Of a stretch of DNA of 64,000 nt, positions 26,627 through 38,929 are shown one piece after another. Every line of letters starts with the position of its first letter. Position 1 is the stretch's first letter. The stretch covers positions 59,235,386 to 59,299,385 of the forward strand of contig NC_068990.1 of assembly GCF_001194135.2 (NCBI RefSeq), read 5' to 3'. Position numbers and translations under genes: made by a program. The notes under the pieces are model-generated. The model searched no databases, was not told where the DNA came from, and was given only the letters and a program-made list of their open reading frames with translations. The stretch is from Octopus bimaculoides. Its lineage: Eukaryota.

Positions 26627-26744
26627 GGGCCATACAGATGACTCTTATTCTTGATATCCTTGCGCTGAGTGGATATATCCTTTTCTTCTTCCTTGGATGT
26701 GATAATTTAAAAATAGCTGGTGCAACATTTCCATATTTCAATAG
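26627..26744 (+). CDS. SLCO: SLCO/OATP exon
   Basis: tttacag|GG...AATAG|gtcagt. GAIQMTLILDILALSGYILFFFLGCDNLKIAGATFPYFN (OATP GC...AG motif). Confidence 0.93.
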
Positions 26745-27057
26745 GTCAGTGATATTTTGTTTCTCTTTAAAGATAATTAGTCATTATAAATCTTTATTTC
26801 ACTTTTTTGCATTTTTCAGGCATCTAATTAGAAAACATTGTTTATTTTAATTATATATTCTTTTACTCTTTTACTCATTACAGTCACTGGACTTCAACCA
26901 TGCTGGGGCATTCTTTTATTCTTTTAAGATGGTATGGTGTGAGTTACGGAAATTTGGTTGCTATTTCTAGTAGATTGAATGATCATCTAGTTGTTCTTTT
27001 GTGAACAGTAGCCTATGCTCTTGACCATTATGAGCCCATGCTCTTAACCACTACGCC

Positions 27058-27124
27058 ATATGGCATAGTGGTTAAGAGTGCAGGATACTAACCCCAAGAT
27101 TCTGAGTTCGATTCCAGGCAGTGA

Positions 27125-27174
<50 letters not shown>

Positions 27175-27339
27175 TCGAACAATACCTTAGGAATGAGAAC
27201 CGAAGTTCAAAATTTCTCCAAGACACCTGATGAAGGCCGGAGGGTATATCAGCTGAAACTTTGTGTTAACAACAAACAAGATGAGGATAAATATCCATAA
27301 ATAATGTACATAATTTCTCATCTCTTAAATATAGAACTG
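27058..27339 (+). mobile_element. tRNA-headed SINE-like element with hammerhead module (copy 2, more decayed)
   Basis: Same layout and sequence as copy 1. Hammerhead core at 27222-27267 has a stem II mismatch and GAAAC-UUU in place of GAAAC-GUU. Confidence 0.85.
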
Positions 27340-28797
27340 AAAGGTTTACCATGCCTGATCTATATTATTTTACACTTGGTTTATTAGTAAGTCCACACAG
27401 TGAAAAGATTGGTTGGGCTGTGGTCTATGAATGCTCTTTTCTGTGCCCTTTCAATATAAACAATTCTGAGAGAAAGATGGAGAAGTTAACTCTGATACTT
27501 GACCAGTCCTTCATTTAGTAACCTAAAAGAACATAAGGCAAAACTGGTTTCAGTTGGATTTTGAACTTAGTCTAGAGAGCCAGGACAAGTTCTGCAAAAC
27601 ATTCTACCTGATACTTTGTCACTTAACCACTTCACGAAACATTTGCAGTGGCAAGTCAATGAGTAAGCCTATACATGGCCAATTTATCTGCTAGAAATAA
27701 AAACTAAATATCCTTTAAATCACACCTTATCTTGTTGGATGATGCCATTTTAGATTCATCATCTTTGTTTTAACGTCCACCTGTCCATGCTTGCTTGGGT
27801 CAGACAGAGTCTTATTAAGGCAGATTTTCCGCCATTACAAAGGAGTCTAAAACCAGCTGTTCTTTAAACTTCTGTTTGACAGAGTTCTCATTACTAAATC
27901 TATCAAAGAATTAAAGAAGAATTTGCAAAAGTAAAAGTCTAGAAATGAATGGTCTTCAAATATAACCAGTCAACACAAAAAGTTTATTTAGCAAGAAAGA
28001 ATACTTGACTCTAAAGTAATGTTTCTCAGCTGGGGCCCATATAAAATTTGTTTTTTGTTAAAATTTATGTGCGATAAAGTGGTTATACTTCTACAATGCA
28101 CAAAATATTTCAATCTTTTTTATATAAATCCTAATATTTAATTTTAAAAATACAGTGGATTTTTGAGATCACGTCCTGTTCACTGAGGTCGCGGTCTCAA
28201 AGGGACGTAAATATTTTGGCAAATTAAATTTAAGTGTTGAAGTGAATCTCATGGTTTTTGTGTGTTTTTAAATGGCTTATAAAAACCTTCCACGCTGCAA
28301 TTGTTTTTGTCTCAGCACACGATCTCAGATCAGATCACTTGCTATGCAAGTACATTTCCATAAATAGGATTTTTTAAATATATATATATTGAATGGCTAT
28401 GGAGATCCAGTAGAAATGGTTGAGAACTACTGCATTAAGGAATACTTTACTATTGTCCAACCTATGTAAGCATGAAAAAAATGTATATAAAATGATCATG
28501 TATATTCGATGGGATGATAGAATTGGTGTATCTAATGAAAAAAAAACAACTCTTAGAATACCAAAAGACTACACTCTTTTCAGTCATGTTGTCTTTGCCT
28601 TTCCTCCTCGGTCAATATAATCAACAAAAATCTTTTGCAACAGTGCTCAAGCATGGCTGTAGTCCAGTGACTGAAACTGGTGAAAAAAGGAAGAATTAGA
28701 AATGTAAATTGTCTAGGGTTGAAAATGGTTTTGTTTTCTGCAATTTTGTTATCTGAGATTCAGTTTTCTTTTCTTTTTTTTTTTTCCTTATATTTAG

Positions 28798-28972
28798 CAC
28801 TGGTCACAAGATAATGGAGGCAAACTTGACATCAGCTTGTAACTCTAACTGTGACTGTTCTCCAAATCACCTCGAACCAATCTGTGGAATAAACGGTATC
28901 ACTTATTTCTCACCCTGTCACGCTGGCTGTACCAATTATTACGTCAATCATAACAATGCATATCATTCCACA
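28798..28972 (+). CDS. SLCO: SLCO/OATP exon, Kazal-like extracellular loop
   Basis: atttag|C...ACA|gtaagt. [31 protein letters not shown] is the OATP Kazal domain. Confidence 0.96.
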
Positions 28973-29334
28973 GTAAGTACGATTTACCTCCCTTGATCTT
29001 CTAAATATTTTTTTTTTTTAACAAAATATTTTCAATGACACAACAAAGCACTATAATACAAACAATGGACTATAATAACTGATATGATATTTTGGAATAA
29101 AATTCCTTCTTCAGATATCCCTAGGAATTGATGGAGTCGCTGCTATAATCGGTTTTCCTTTCTTGTTAGCTAATCATAATGGTTGTTAGATCGTTACGTC
29201 ACTCTCTTCTTTAGAGAATTGTCAGCACCATTTACTTATAACTTAGACATCTTTTGCAGAATTTGATACTGTGTTGTTCAACATATCCATTATTGACTAT
29301 CCTGTTTCATATTTTTTTTTCTATTTATACTCTC

Positions 29335-29484
29335 TGAGTGGTTGGCGTTAGGAAGGGCATCCAGCTGTAGAAACTCTGCCAAATCAGATTGGAGCCTGGT
29401 GTTGCCATCCGGTTTCACCAGTCCTCAGTCAAATCGTCCAACCCATGCTAGCATGGAAAGCGGACGTTAAACGATGATGATGAT
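29335..29484 (+). mobile_element. repeat family C ending in GGACGTTAAACGATGATGATG (other copies at 1472-2190, 7960-8100, 13840-14010, 33895-34260, 39385-39540, 52420-52595)
   Basis: Recurrent GGTTGGCGTTAGGAAGGGCATCCAGCTGTAGAAAC...CCCATGCYAGCATGGAAA module with a (GAT)n tail. Confidence 0.75.
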
Positions 29485-31196
29485 ATTAAATAGCACAGTT
29501 AAGGCTGAGTTGGAATATTGCTTTCTTATTTCATACCACATTTGTTTTTTATTTTGAAAATGACTCTCCCCCACAGAGCTGTCTTAGTAACATTATAGGT
29601 CCCTGCACCATTTATTGCACTGGGCTCTAGTATTTACTTACTGATAACACACCACAGCATACATAGATCAGAACCAGGCCCCCTAGACCTGTGAGTGTAG
29701 CACTTCACATACTTTTTTTTTGTGGGGGGGGGGGGTCAGTTTCTGTCTCTTTTATCAACATAATGTTTTTCTTTCTAATTTGGTGCCTTTACCAAACCAC
29801 GAAGCACTTCTATCAGTGACAAACAAGCTTTTAGTGTGAAGTTTGTTCATAATATCTCTACTAGCTTTACATGATATATTTACAATACTTCTGAGACAAA
29901 TCATGTGGGAACACAGAAATATTTGATTCCAAAATATTTTTAGCTAACATAAGAATCTTCTCCAGCTTGGTGTCTTGTATTTTAATTAATCAGAGACAAT
30001 TACCAAACTCTGCTAATGAAGGATGTGCTCTGACTGGCTGACTTAATCTTGGTACTCAGAGAGAGAGGAAGAAGGTGAAGCCACTATGATTTTTTAATGG
30101 AGCTTCACTTCATTCTTGACTCTTTTCCTTGTTTCTGTACTGGTCAGTTGGTTAAGTAAAATAATTTTGTGATAGAAACTAGATCACTTCACTAATGATT
30201 GGTTCCATATCTAAACGGAAAATCAGTTTGAAATTTGAACCTGTCTGTATTTTAGGTCTGAGTTTCATAATCACGAAAGACATTTCATCTTGGAAATGTG
30301 TTTGTGGATTGCTGATGTGCATAGGCTTTGGAACAGGAGATGCAAGGGGTGCGAATGCATCCCCTAAACTTTTTGAGGAGCAATGAAAACACTTTGAACA
30401 TCACCAAAACGAATGAGTGTAAAAACATTTTTGGACTGATTTGAAACATTACTTTTCCCATTATTGAGTTTATCTGGTTTGATTGATGTGCAAGTGTAAT
30501 AATAATAATGATAATAATAATGATGATGATGATGATGATTATTGCAGTGAGCTGGCAGAAAGGTTAGCATGCTGGGTGAAATGCTTAGTAGTATTTCGTC
30601 TGTCTTTGCGTTCTGAGTTCAAATTCCGCTGAGGTTGACTTTGCCTTTCATCCTTTCGGGGTTGATAAATTAAGTACCAGTTGCATACTGAGGTTGATCT
30701 AATCAACTGGGCCCCCTCCCCACAAATTTTGGGCCTTGTGCCTAGAACAGAAGAAAAAAGTCATTAGCACGCTGGGCAAAATGCTTAGTGACATTATGTC
30801 CATCTCCACGTTCTGAGTTCAAATTCTGCTGAGGTCGACTTTGCTTTTCATTCTTTCAGGGTCAATAACAATCGACTGCCCTACCCTTTCCCCCAAATTT
30901 CAGACCTTGAGCCTATAGTAGAAAGGAGCAAGTCCTGGGGAGCAGAGTAAGTCAGTTACATTGACCCCCAGTACTCAACTGGTTCTTATTTTATTAACCT
31001 CAAAAGGATGAAAGGCAAAGTCAACCTCAGACCATGAAGATGGATGAAATGCTTCCAAGCATTTCGCCCAGAATGCTAATGATTCTGCCTTACAGTGTTT
31101 GTTTTGATATCAAGATCAAAAAAATTGACCATGTTCATTGAAAAATTTTGAACCTGGGTTTGCACCATCTAAGCATATTTTATTCCCACACCTATG

Positions 31197-31227
<31 letters not shown>

Positions 31228-31387
31228 GGCAACATGCAACAATCTATCTGACATTAAACACATTCCACATAGAAATGACACCCCCACCAGGTGGATACCT
31301 TTCTTAATGATAAGAGATTCCCTCCAGTTTGTAGAGACGTCCTTAATATTATTATATCTAAAATGTTGCTTGTATATTTTTTTACAG

Positions 31388-31575
31388 AACTACAGTGGCT
31401 GTTCCTGCATACTAGACAACCACCTTGCCAGTTCTGAAGTTGTTGTGCTGCCTCTAGCCACAAGTGGTCCATGTAAGACTACCTGCAAAAATTTGCTACC
31501 ATTTCTAATCTTGTTGGTTGTGATGACATTTTGTGTTGCTGGGACACAGATGCCACTATTGATGGTTACTCTCAG
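31388..31575 (+). CDS. SLCO: SLCO/OATP exon
   Basis: tttacag|AAC...CTCAG|gtaaga. NYSGCSCI...ATSGPCKTTCKNLLPFLILL...QMPLLMVTLR. Confidence 0.95.
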
Positions 31576-32403
31576 GTAAGATGTTACTCCTGTGATTTTT
31601 ATAATGCTACTTTGTTGATATTTCATTTCATGTTGCTCTGCAGAATCGTTGGCAGAATCATTGTCATGTTGGCAAAAATGCTCTACAGCAGTGATTTCCA
31701 GCGTGTGGCCTAGGAAAATTGTGGTAGGGTATAGGATCCATAATTTTTTTTTTTTTTTTTTTTTTTTGGTGGGACATGAAATTGTGAAAATCTTTTTCTA
31801 ACAATAAACATACTACACCTGTACTTTTTTCCAATTACCAGGAAAATTATAGTGGAGCTGGGGGGAAAAATAGGTTGGGAAACACTGCTCTATGGTATAT
31901 TTTCTGGCTTTCTACATTCTTAGTTCAGATCTCATCAGTCTGGAAAAGGCAATGGAAAACTACTCCAGTATTCATCTCAAGTCTAGTTATGGTGACCAAA
32001 GTTCCTGTAATCTACATAATGGTGGTAGGGGAGGGTATGGACCCTACCATGTTGTTTGGAGAGTGTTGGAGAAGGTTCACATGCACAAGACCTGTTAGAC
32101 TAGACATATTTGATAGCACTGTTTTTTTTATATATATATGACATAGAAAGAGGAAGAAAGTTGCATTTGTAACCTTCTCAGGACCTCTGAGACCAGCAGG
32201 TGGAGGAGGAAGGGTGAAAGTGAAGAAAACTCGTGGATATTAATCTCTTATTGGTATATGACAATAAAATCAAACACAGTGTGTCTGCATTGAGCCAGTT
32301 AAGTTGGCAAACTCATGGACTTAAGTTGGCAAACTCATATATATAATATCGGTTATGAAGTAAGTACTATATGTTACTAAAGGTAAACAGTGTTAGTTTA
32401 GTG

Positions 32404-32655
32404 TTGTGGTTCTCAACCATTTTTTTTTTACTTATGGACCCTTTTGATTCTTATTTTTATTTGGGCAGACCTTCATAGCCATTTGATGTTTAAAAAAACT
32501 CCCATTATATTTTATATAATTAAATGTTATTGAGGATTGTATAAAATATTTTGTGTATTGTAGAAGTATAACCAATTTATTGCACATAAAGTTTAAAAAA
32601 CAAAATCTTACATTGGACCCTCAAGGGTCATATGGGCCCCAGTTGAGAACCACTG
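32404..32655. mobile_element. hAT (Charlie-type) MITE
   Basis: TIRs (TT)GTGGTTCTCAACC / GTTGAGAACCACTG; 8-bp TSD GTTTAGTG / GTTTAATG. Confidence 0.75.
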
Positions 32656-33405
32656 GTTTAATGCTACACCTGTTACTTGCTAGTGAGATCCACCTAGCCA
32701 GGCATTGCAGAGAATTTCTTGGAAATGATTAGATATGCTTTAATACTGTCAATAGGGTGAATCAAGCTAAACACTTTATCACTTAAGATTTGTTATAAAC
32801 ATATTGGTGAGTCGACATAATTATTTCATTTCTAGCAACTCGAACACTTAATCACTGGTAATGTAACTTAACCCTTCACCATTCAGATTACTCAGTCAAA
32901 TGTAATGCTTTCTTATTCGCATTGTTTTGAATGAATCATGCATTATCTTTATAGCTTTGAGATTACAATGTGATTGCATATTTTTAGAATGACATTGTAA
33001 GGTAGGTGTGAGAGGCTGGATCTGGCTGGTTTGAACATAAAATAGGTAGAATATTTGGGCCGGATATGGCCAATTTAAATGCTATGTTCCATCTAAACAT
33101 TTCATTAGTGGTGGCCCTGCATAAAATATCTGTTCAGTATTGATTCAGTCTAGACTCATTATTCATTAGTTCCCAAACCTGAAAACATCTGATGTGTTTA
33201 GAATTTATTCCCCTATATCAAGAGTATTCAATTTGAGTGAACTCTGAGAATATCTTGTATCCTTTATTTTTTAAGCTTTACTTCTTTTGGTCATTAGACT
33301 GTGCCCATGCTGCAGCACCTCCTTAGAGAATTTTAGTTAAATGAATTAAACACCAGTACTTTTTGATCTTTCTTTAACTAAACTCAATCTTTCTCTTATT
33401 ATTAG

Positions 33406-33470
33406 GTCAGTTGCTGAAGAAGAAAGAGCTTTTGCTCTAGGAATGCAGTTTGTTTTATTCCGGCTCTTTG
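33406..33470 (+). CDS. SLCO: SLCO/OATP exon
   Basis: attag|G...TTTG|gtaaga. SVAEEERAFALGMQFVLFRLF. Confidence 0.94.
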
Positions 33471-34269
33471 GTAAGATATTTTTGCTGTAATTTTTATATT
33501 TTGTTAGTTATAATACTTATATATTTCTACATATGTACTATAAATAGAATAGCTGTTTTGTGTGTGCATGCGTGGTGTGGCAAGGAGGTTCCAGTCTGTT
33601 CATGCCTGTCTCAAGGACATCAACACTATATTTTACATATTATCTTAAAACAGGTAAAATGGTCAGGTGGACTACCTGGTCATTAGGCCATATATTCAAA
33701 TTCACTAGTTATTTCATTGCCATTTTGGGTAAAACACTTGATTCTGTCTTCCCTTACTTCACTTAGTTATCTGAAATAGTTAGGAGGACATCAAGGAATA
33801 TGGCTGGATGCTAAACTAGTGTACTATCCAGGTGGAGATTTATTTCTCACTTTCAAAAGGTCTCTCTCAAGGCCTAGCAGACATTCATCATCATTATCAT
33901 TTAGCATCTGCTTTCCTTGATGGCATGGGTTAGATGGTTTGACTGAAACTGGTAAGCTGCACTAAGTTCCAATCTGATTCGGCATGATTTCTACAACTGG
34001 ATGCCCTTCCTAATGCTAACCACTCCCAGAGTGTAATAGTTACTTTTTATGAGCCACCGACATGGGTGCCAGTTGCATAACACCAGCATTGGCCACAACT
34101 GTGATTTCACTTGGCTTGAAGGGTCTTCTTAAGTATGGCATATTCCCAAAGGTCTCGGTCACTAGTCTGCTCCTCCATGAAGCCCAATGTTCTAAGAGTG
34201 CTCTTTACATGCCTAGGGCATGGGTCCCAGTTATGTGACAATTACATCGGCCACGACTACAATTTCGCA

Positions 34270-34332
34270 TTAGGACTTAGTGGGAGACTATTTTTGTCAT
34301 AATGACAAAAATAGTCTCCCACTAAGTTCTAA
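34270..34332. repeat. near-perfect palindrome (31-bp arms, 1-nt spacer)
   Basis: TTAGGACTTAGTGGGAGACTATTTTTGTCAT-A-ATGACAAAAATAGTCTCCCACTAAGTTCTAA; one mismatch. Confidence 0.95.
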
Positions 34333-34416
34333 TTTTAATGTAACTTTCTAAGAAAATTTGAAGAACTTCTTAGCTTTTGATGATCACTGAGTGTTTTTTT
34401 GTTTGTTTTCTTTTAG

Positions 34417-34545
34417 CCTATATTCCTGCCCCAATACTTTTTGGTAACATCATAGACACAGCTTGTCTCTTGTGGAGAAACAAATGTGGAAACAATGGCT
34501 CTTGTCTTGTTTATGACATTGTACAGTTCCGAAACAAATATGTTG
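34417..34545 (+). CDS. SLCO: SLCO/OATP exon
   Basis: ttttag|CC...GTTG|gtatgt. [34 protein letters not shown]. Confidence 0.95.
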
Positions 34546-34685
34546 GTATGTAACAGTATTATTTCTTGATTGTTTACATTCTAATATGTAGCATATGTGT
34601 ATATTTGCATGAGTGTATATCACTGCATAATTTCACGTTAGCACTGTTTGTGCAAAATTGTAATTTTCATGTCTCTCATAACCAA

Positions 34686-34793
34686 GGCACAGGTGTGGCT
34701 AGAGGTACAGGCACAACTAGAGGCACAGGCATGGCCAGAAGTGCAGGTGTGGCCAGAGGCACAGGCATGGCCAGAAACGCAGACATAGCTGTG
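34686..34793 (+). repeat. 18-bp tandem array derived from a SINE 5' end
   Basis: Five GGCACAGGCATGGCCAGA-type units followed by a sixth that runs into a family A SINE. Confidence 0.8.
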
Positions 34794-35545
34794 TGGTTAA
34801 GAAGTTTGCTTCCCAACTAACGTGGTTTTGAGTTCAGTCCAGCTGTGTAGCATCTTGGGCAAGTGTCTTTTTGCCGTAGCTCCCAAGTCAAGTGAAGCCT
34901 TGTGAGTGGATCTGCAAGACAAAAACTGAATGAAACTCATCATTTAACATCTGTTTTACATGGGTCAGACAGTTTGACTGGAGCTGGTAGGCCACTGAAC
35001 TGAACTGGACTCCAGTATGTTGTGGTTGTTTCTACAGCTGAATGCCTTTCCTAATGCCAACCACTTTACAGAGTGTGCTGGGTGCCTTTTACATGTCACT
35101 AGCAGTGACCACAACCATGATTTCACTTAGCTTGACATGTCTTCTCAAGCACAGCATATTGCCAGACGTCTTGATCACTTGTTATTGCCTATGTAAGACT
35201 CAACTATATATACATATGTTTGTGTGTTTTTGTCTCCTTATCTTGACATCACATGATAGTTGTAAATGAGTGCCAGTCAAACAAACAGTAACATTTATTT
35301 CCAATACTCTGAGAACATGTCTGTCTGTGGGGGTACAAAAATTGTCTTACTTGGAAATTGGTGAGGGTTGGTGACAGGAGAGACATCTAACTGTTGGAAA
35401 TCTGCCTCAGCAAACTCTGTCCAACCCTTGCAAACATGGCAATGACAGATACATTATCCTGCAGTTCAGCAATTATATTAGTTTTCAATATCTTAATGAC
35501 CAGTTGAAAAACATACGGGTTTATGGGAAGGAAAATCAAGTTATA

Positions 35546-35671
35546 CAGAGTGTCCACAAAGTCTGGGTACATGGAATTAACATATACTTTAAGAAATTAT
35601 TATGTCTTATATTTAATTGTTTATGTTATGATTTTATTTACTCCATGTACCCAGTCTTTGTGGACACCTTG
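35546..35671. mobile_element. Tc1/mariner-type MITE
   Basis: About 30-bp TIRs CAGAGTGTCCACAAAGTCTGGGTACATGGA, flanked by TA on both sides. Confidence 0.8.
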
Positions 35672-36536
35672 TAGAATACTGCTTCTGCAAGTCTCAGCAA
35701 ATCCATGTGTTCATGGAAAAAGCTATGGAGATGAGGACAGAAGTAGAACTGGTGATGGTGGTGGAGCAGTAGTACTAATATAAAGAGTTGATTGTTGTGA
35801 GATGAGAGGTTAACAGTGTTAGAGGTAGGGCAAAGAGAATTTGGGAAGGAATTAGTCAAACTTGGGAATACAGTTGCTTACAAATGGAAATATTTTTCAT
35901 TGCAAACCCATCCAACCTATGCCACAGGATATAGCAAACACTCTGAGGATGACAGCAGCAGCAGCAGTTGTTGTTGTTGTTGTTTAGCCCTAGGTCAACA
36001 CAACCATTCTGTCTTTGTAAGTATAGAAATGTTTACTTGTTACTTAATATGTTCTTCCTTTATAAAATGTTAGGGTATCATCTGAAGGAATTTGGTTGCT
36101 ATTTTTAGCAGGTTCAGCAACTGTAAAAATGCTCCTTTGTTGATGGTGGCTGTAATGATGGCAACATTAACAAGATGATGAACCAGTTGGGTGATGATGT
36201 TACGGTTAGAGAAGAAATGATTTCATTAATCCAGTTAGGATATAGAGAGCAAAGAAGATAGGGCCGTCTTGAGTGCTAGGTTTTAGTAGATGATGGTGTT
36301 CAGAGTGACTCATTTACTCGGGAAAATGTCTTGTGGTAACTAAGTTTTAGTTGGAGATAAAATTATTTAGGATTTTGATGGGGAAATTAGAGTCCCTCCA
36401 AAGTTTTTCATTTTTTTCATAGACGAGAACTAAAGTCATCTCTTTAGAGTATTGAACTCAGAACATTCTGATATCCATTGTGCTTTTCTTTCTCCTGACT
36501 GATATATATGTATATATATCCTTTGTACTTCTCCAG

Positions 36537-36637
36537 GTATCTCTGCCGGACTGAAGGTTCTTGGAACTTTGCTGTTTTTTATTGTCTGGTTATTAATACG
36601 CAAGAAGATAGGTGATGATTCTAAGTTTACTATGGCA
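36537..36637 (+). CDS. SLCO: SLCO/OATP exon (last TM helix)
   Basis: ctccag|GT...GCA|gtaagt. GISAGLKVLGTLLFFIVWLLIRKKIGDDSKFTMA. Confidence 0.9.
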
Positions 36638-36831
36638 GTAAGTATAATTTTTGATTTTCTTTCCAGGAACAGACTCTATTAGTTACAGTTCTGTTGCTAC
36701 CTACAGAGCTGCACTATAGCTCTGCATGGTACTTATATTTAACAACATAGTTGCTGTTACTTATATATATAAATTTTTTATTTTACTTGTTTCAGTCATT
36801 TGACTGTGGCCATGCTGGAGCACTGCCTTAA

Positions 36832-37833
36832 CCCTTTCGTTACTAACCTGGCCGAAGAATTTTTTGATTCATAAGACTAACCCAGCCGTAGCCGGCCGAG
36901 CATACCCATTGTTATTTAAATGTATATTTGAACCCAAATCTCGTTAGTACATTCGTTAAAACACCTGATTTCACTTTGCAAACAGTTAAGTTATTGTCTC
37001 CGACATTGTTTGGTGTGATATTTGAACTCAGTGAATTTTGGAAGATATTTTTCCACATTTTTTGCGGCGTTAATTTTTTTCAACTTTAAAGATGGAGAGA
37101 AGTTTCATGCTATCAAGCAGTGATTCTGAATTTGAAGATTTTTCAACAGAAGATATGGAGATATCGAAGAAAAGAATGAATGAGCTACAAAAGCACGTGG
37201 TGAACGGTAATGAATCGGATATGTCTGTATCCGAAACTGAAAGCAGCGACGGCGACAGCGAGGATGATTTTACACCAGAAAAAGATTTTTAAAATATTTT
37301 TATGAGGAGACAGGGTCTACCCATAGTCTTTCTCAGGAAGTGAAACCTTTAGACTTATTTTTCATGCTTGTTTGAAATGATTACTACGGAAACAAACCGT
37401 TACGCAGAATGTAAACAAACCGGAAAAAAAAAAGATAGCTTGTGGTTTCCTGGAACTGTAGATGAAATACGGGCATTTTTTGCCATAAATATTATTATGG
37501 GTATTAGACAGTTACCCAGAATAACAAATTACTGGAGCGATCAGGAACCTTTTGGCGATGAATATATTTCCAGTATTATGAACGAGTACGATTCGTGAAG
37601 CTGAACCAATATTTACATGTGAGAGACACTAGTAGTACCCGAGAGACAAAAATTATGCAATAGAATTGATTAAGAACCCTTTCTTTAATTATGTTCCAAA
37701 TATCACATTAATATGTTGATAAATAAAAAAGTTACAGGTGTTTAATGAGACTAGTCTAAATTCATGATTATTTTAGAATTTAATTGAAACTCATGAGGGG
37801 TGTATTTTGGTCAGAAATATAGTAACGAAAGGG
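36832..37833 (+). mobile_element. internally deleted piggyBac element nested in a SINE
   Basis: TTAA TSDs (36828-36831, 37834-37837) and perfect 14-bp TIRs CCCTTTCGTTACTA. PGBD-like peptide ITTETNRYA...DEIRAFFAINIIMGIRQLPRITNYWS. The host SINE resumes after the right TSD. Confidence 0.92.
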
Positions 37834-38686
37834 TTAAAGGGGTTTTAGTCAAAGAAATCAATCTATTCTATCAGTCTCTTTTGCTGAACTTCTAAGTTAC
37901 AGGGATGTAAACACACCAACATTGGTTGTCAAGCGATGGCGGGGAACAAACATAAATACAAAGACAACTCATAAATATATACATATATATGTATATATAC
38001 ACACAAGACAGGCTTCTTTCAGTTTCTATCTACCAAATCCACTCACAAGGCTTTGGTCAGCCTGATGCTATAGTAGAAGACACTTGCCCAAGATGAACCT
38101 GGAACCATATAGTTGGGAAGCAGGCTTCTTACCATACAGCCTTGCCATAGTCTACATTTTCTCTTTTACTTTTATGGTAAATACAGCATTCTGCCATTAT
38201 TCTTGGGAGAGTCATTGAGGTAGAGTCCTTGATAGGCACCGCCATCATTGGACTTACTCCAACCATCTCATTCTTGGTTTACCCCAGGTCTCCTGTCAGT
38301 TGGCTCAGAGTCTTGTGATTTTTCACTGTGACATTCTAATAACATGTCTGTAGTATTGGAGCTGTGACCTGTCAATGTGGAAAGACTTTCTGATCTTCAA
38401 TCTATGAGTAACATTACTCTGATAACTCTTTGGGGGGAAACCCACTTCAGTCACTTATATTCAACGCTGCAGAATATTGAATATATGGAATAATAAAACA
38501 GGACAAGAGGAGACACATGGGACAAAAAGTCAATGATGAGGTCACAGAATGTGTGATGAAAGAACTTAGACGTATGTATAAACTAAAAATAATACAAATA
38601 AAAACTAGAGTGAAGATCACATAAATAGCGCATGTTTAATTGGTAAAAAAAAAAAAAACATCCCCAAATATAACATCTGTTTAAAC

Positions 38687-38929
38687 TAGGGCTGTGGAGT
38701 CAGAGTCGGAAACAATTAAGGAGTAGCTGGAGTCGGAGTCAGTAAAACTATACTGACTCACAATATCTTTATTCTTTAATATAAACCAGTTATAACATAT
38801 AGGCCTGCTTAAAGTACATGCATATGCTTTATGAGATACGTAGACCACAATCACTTAATTACATAAAGAGGAGTCAGAGGTACCAATAGTAGAGGAGTCA
38901 GAGGTTTTCGTTTTGACTCAACAGCTCTG
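38687..38929. mobile_element. hAT-like MITE with GGAGTC subterminal repeats
   Basis: TAGGGCTGTGGAGTCA / TGACTCAACAGCTCTG inverted ends, repeated GGAGTC(A/G)GAG units, imperfect 8-bp TSD. Confidence 0.6.
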
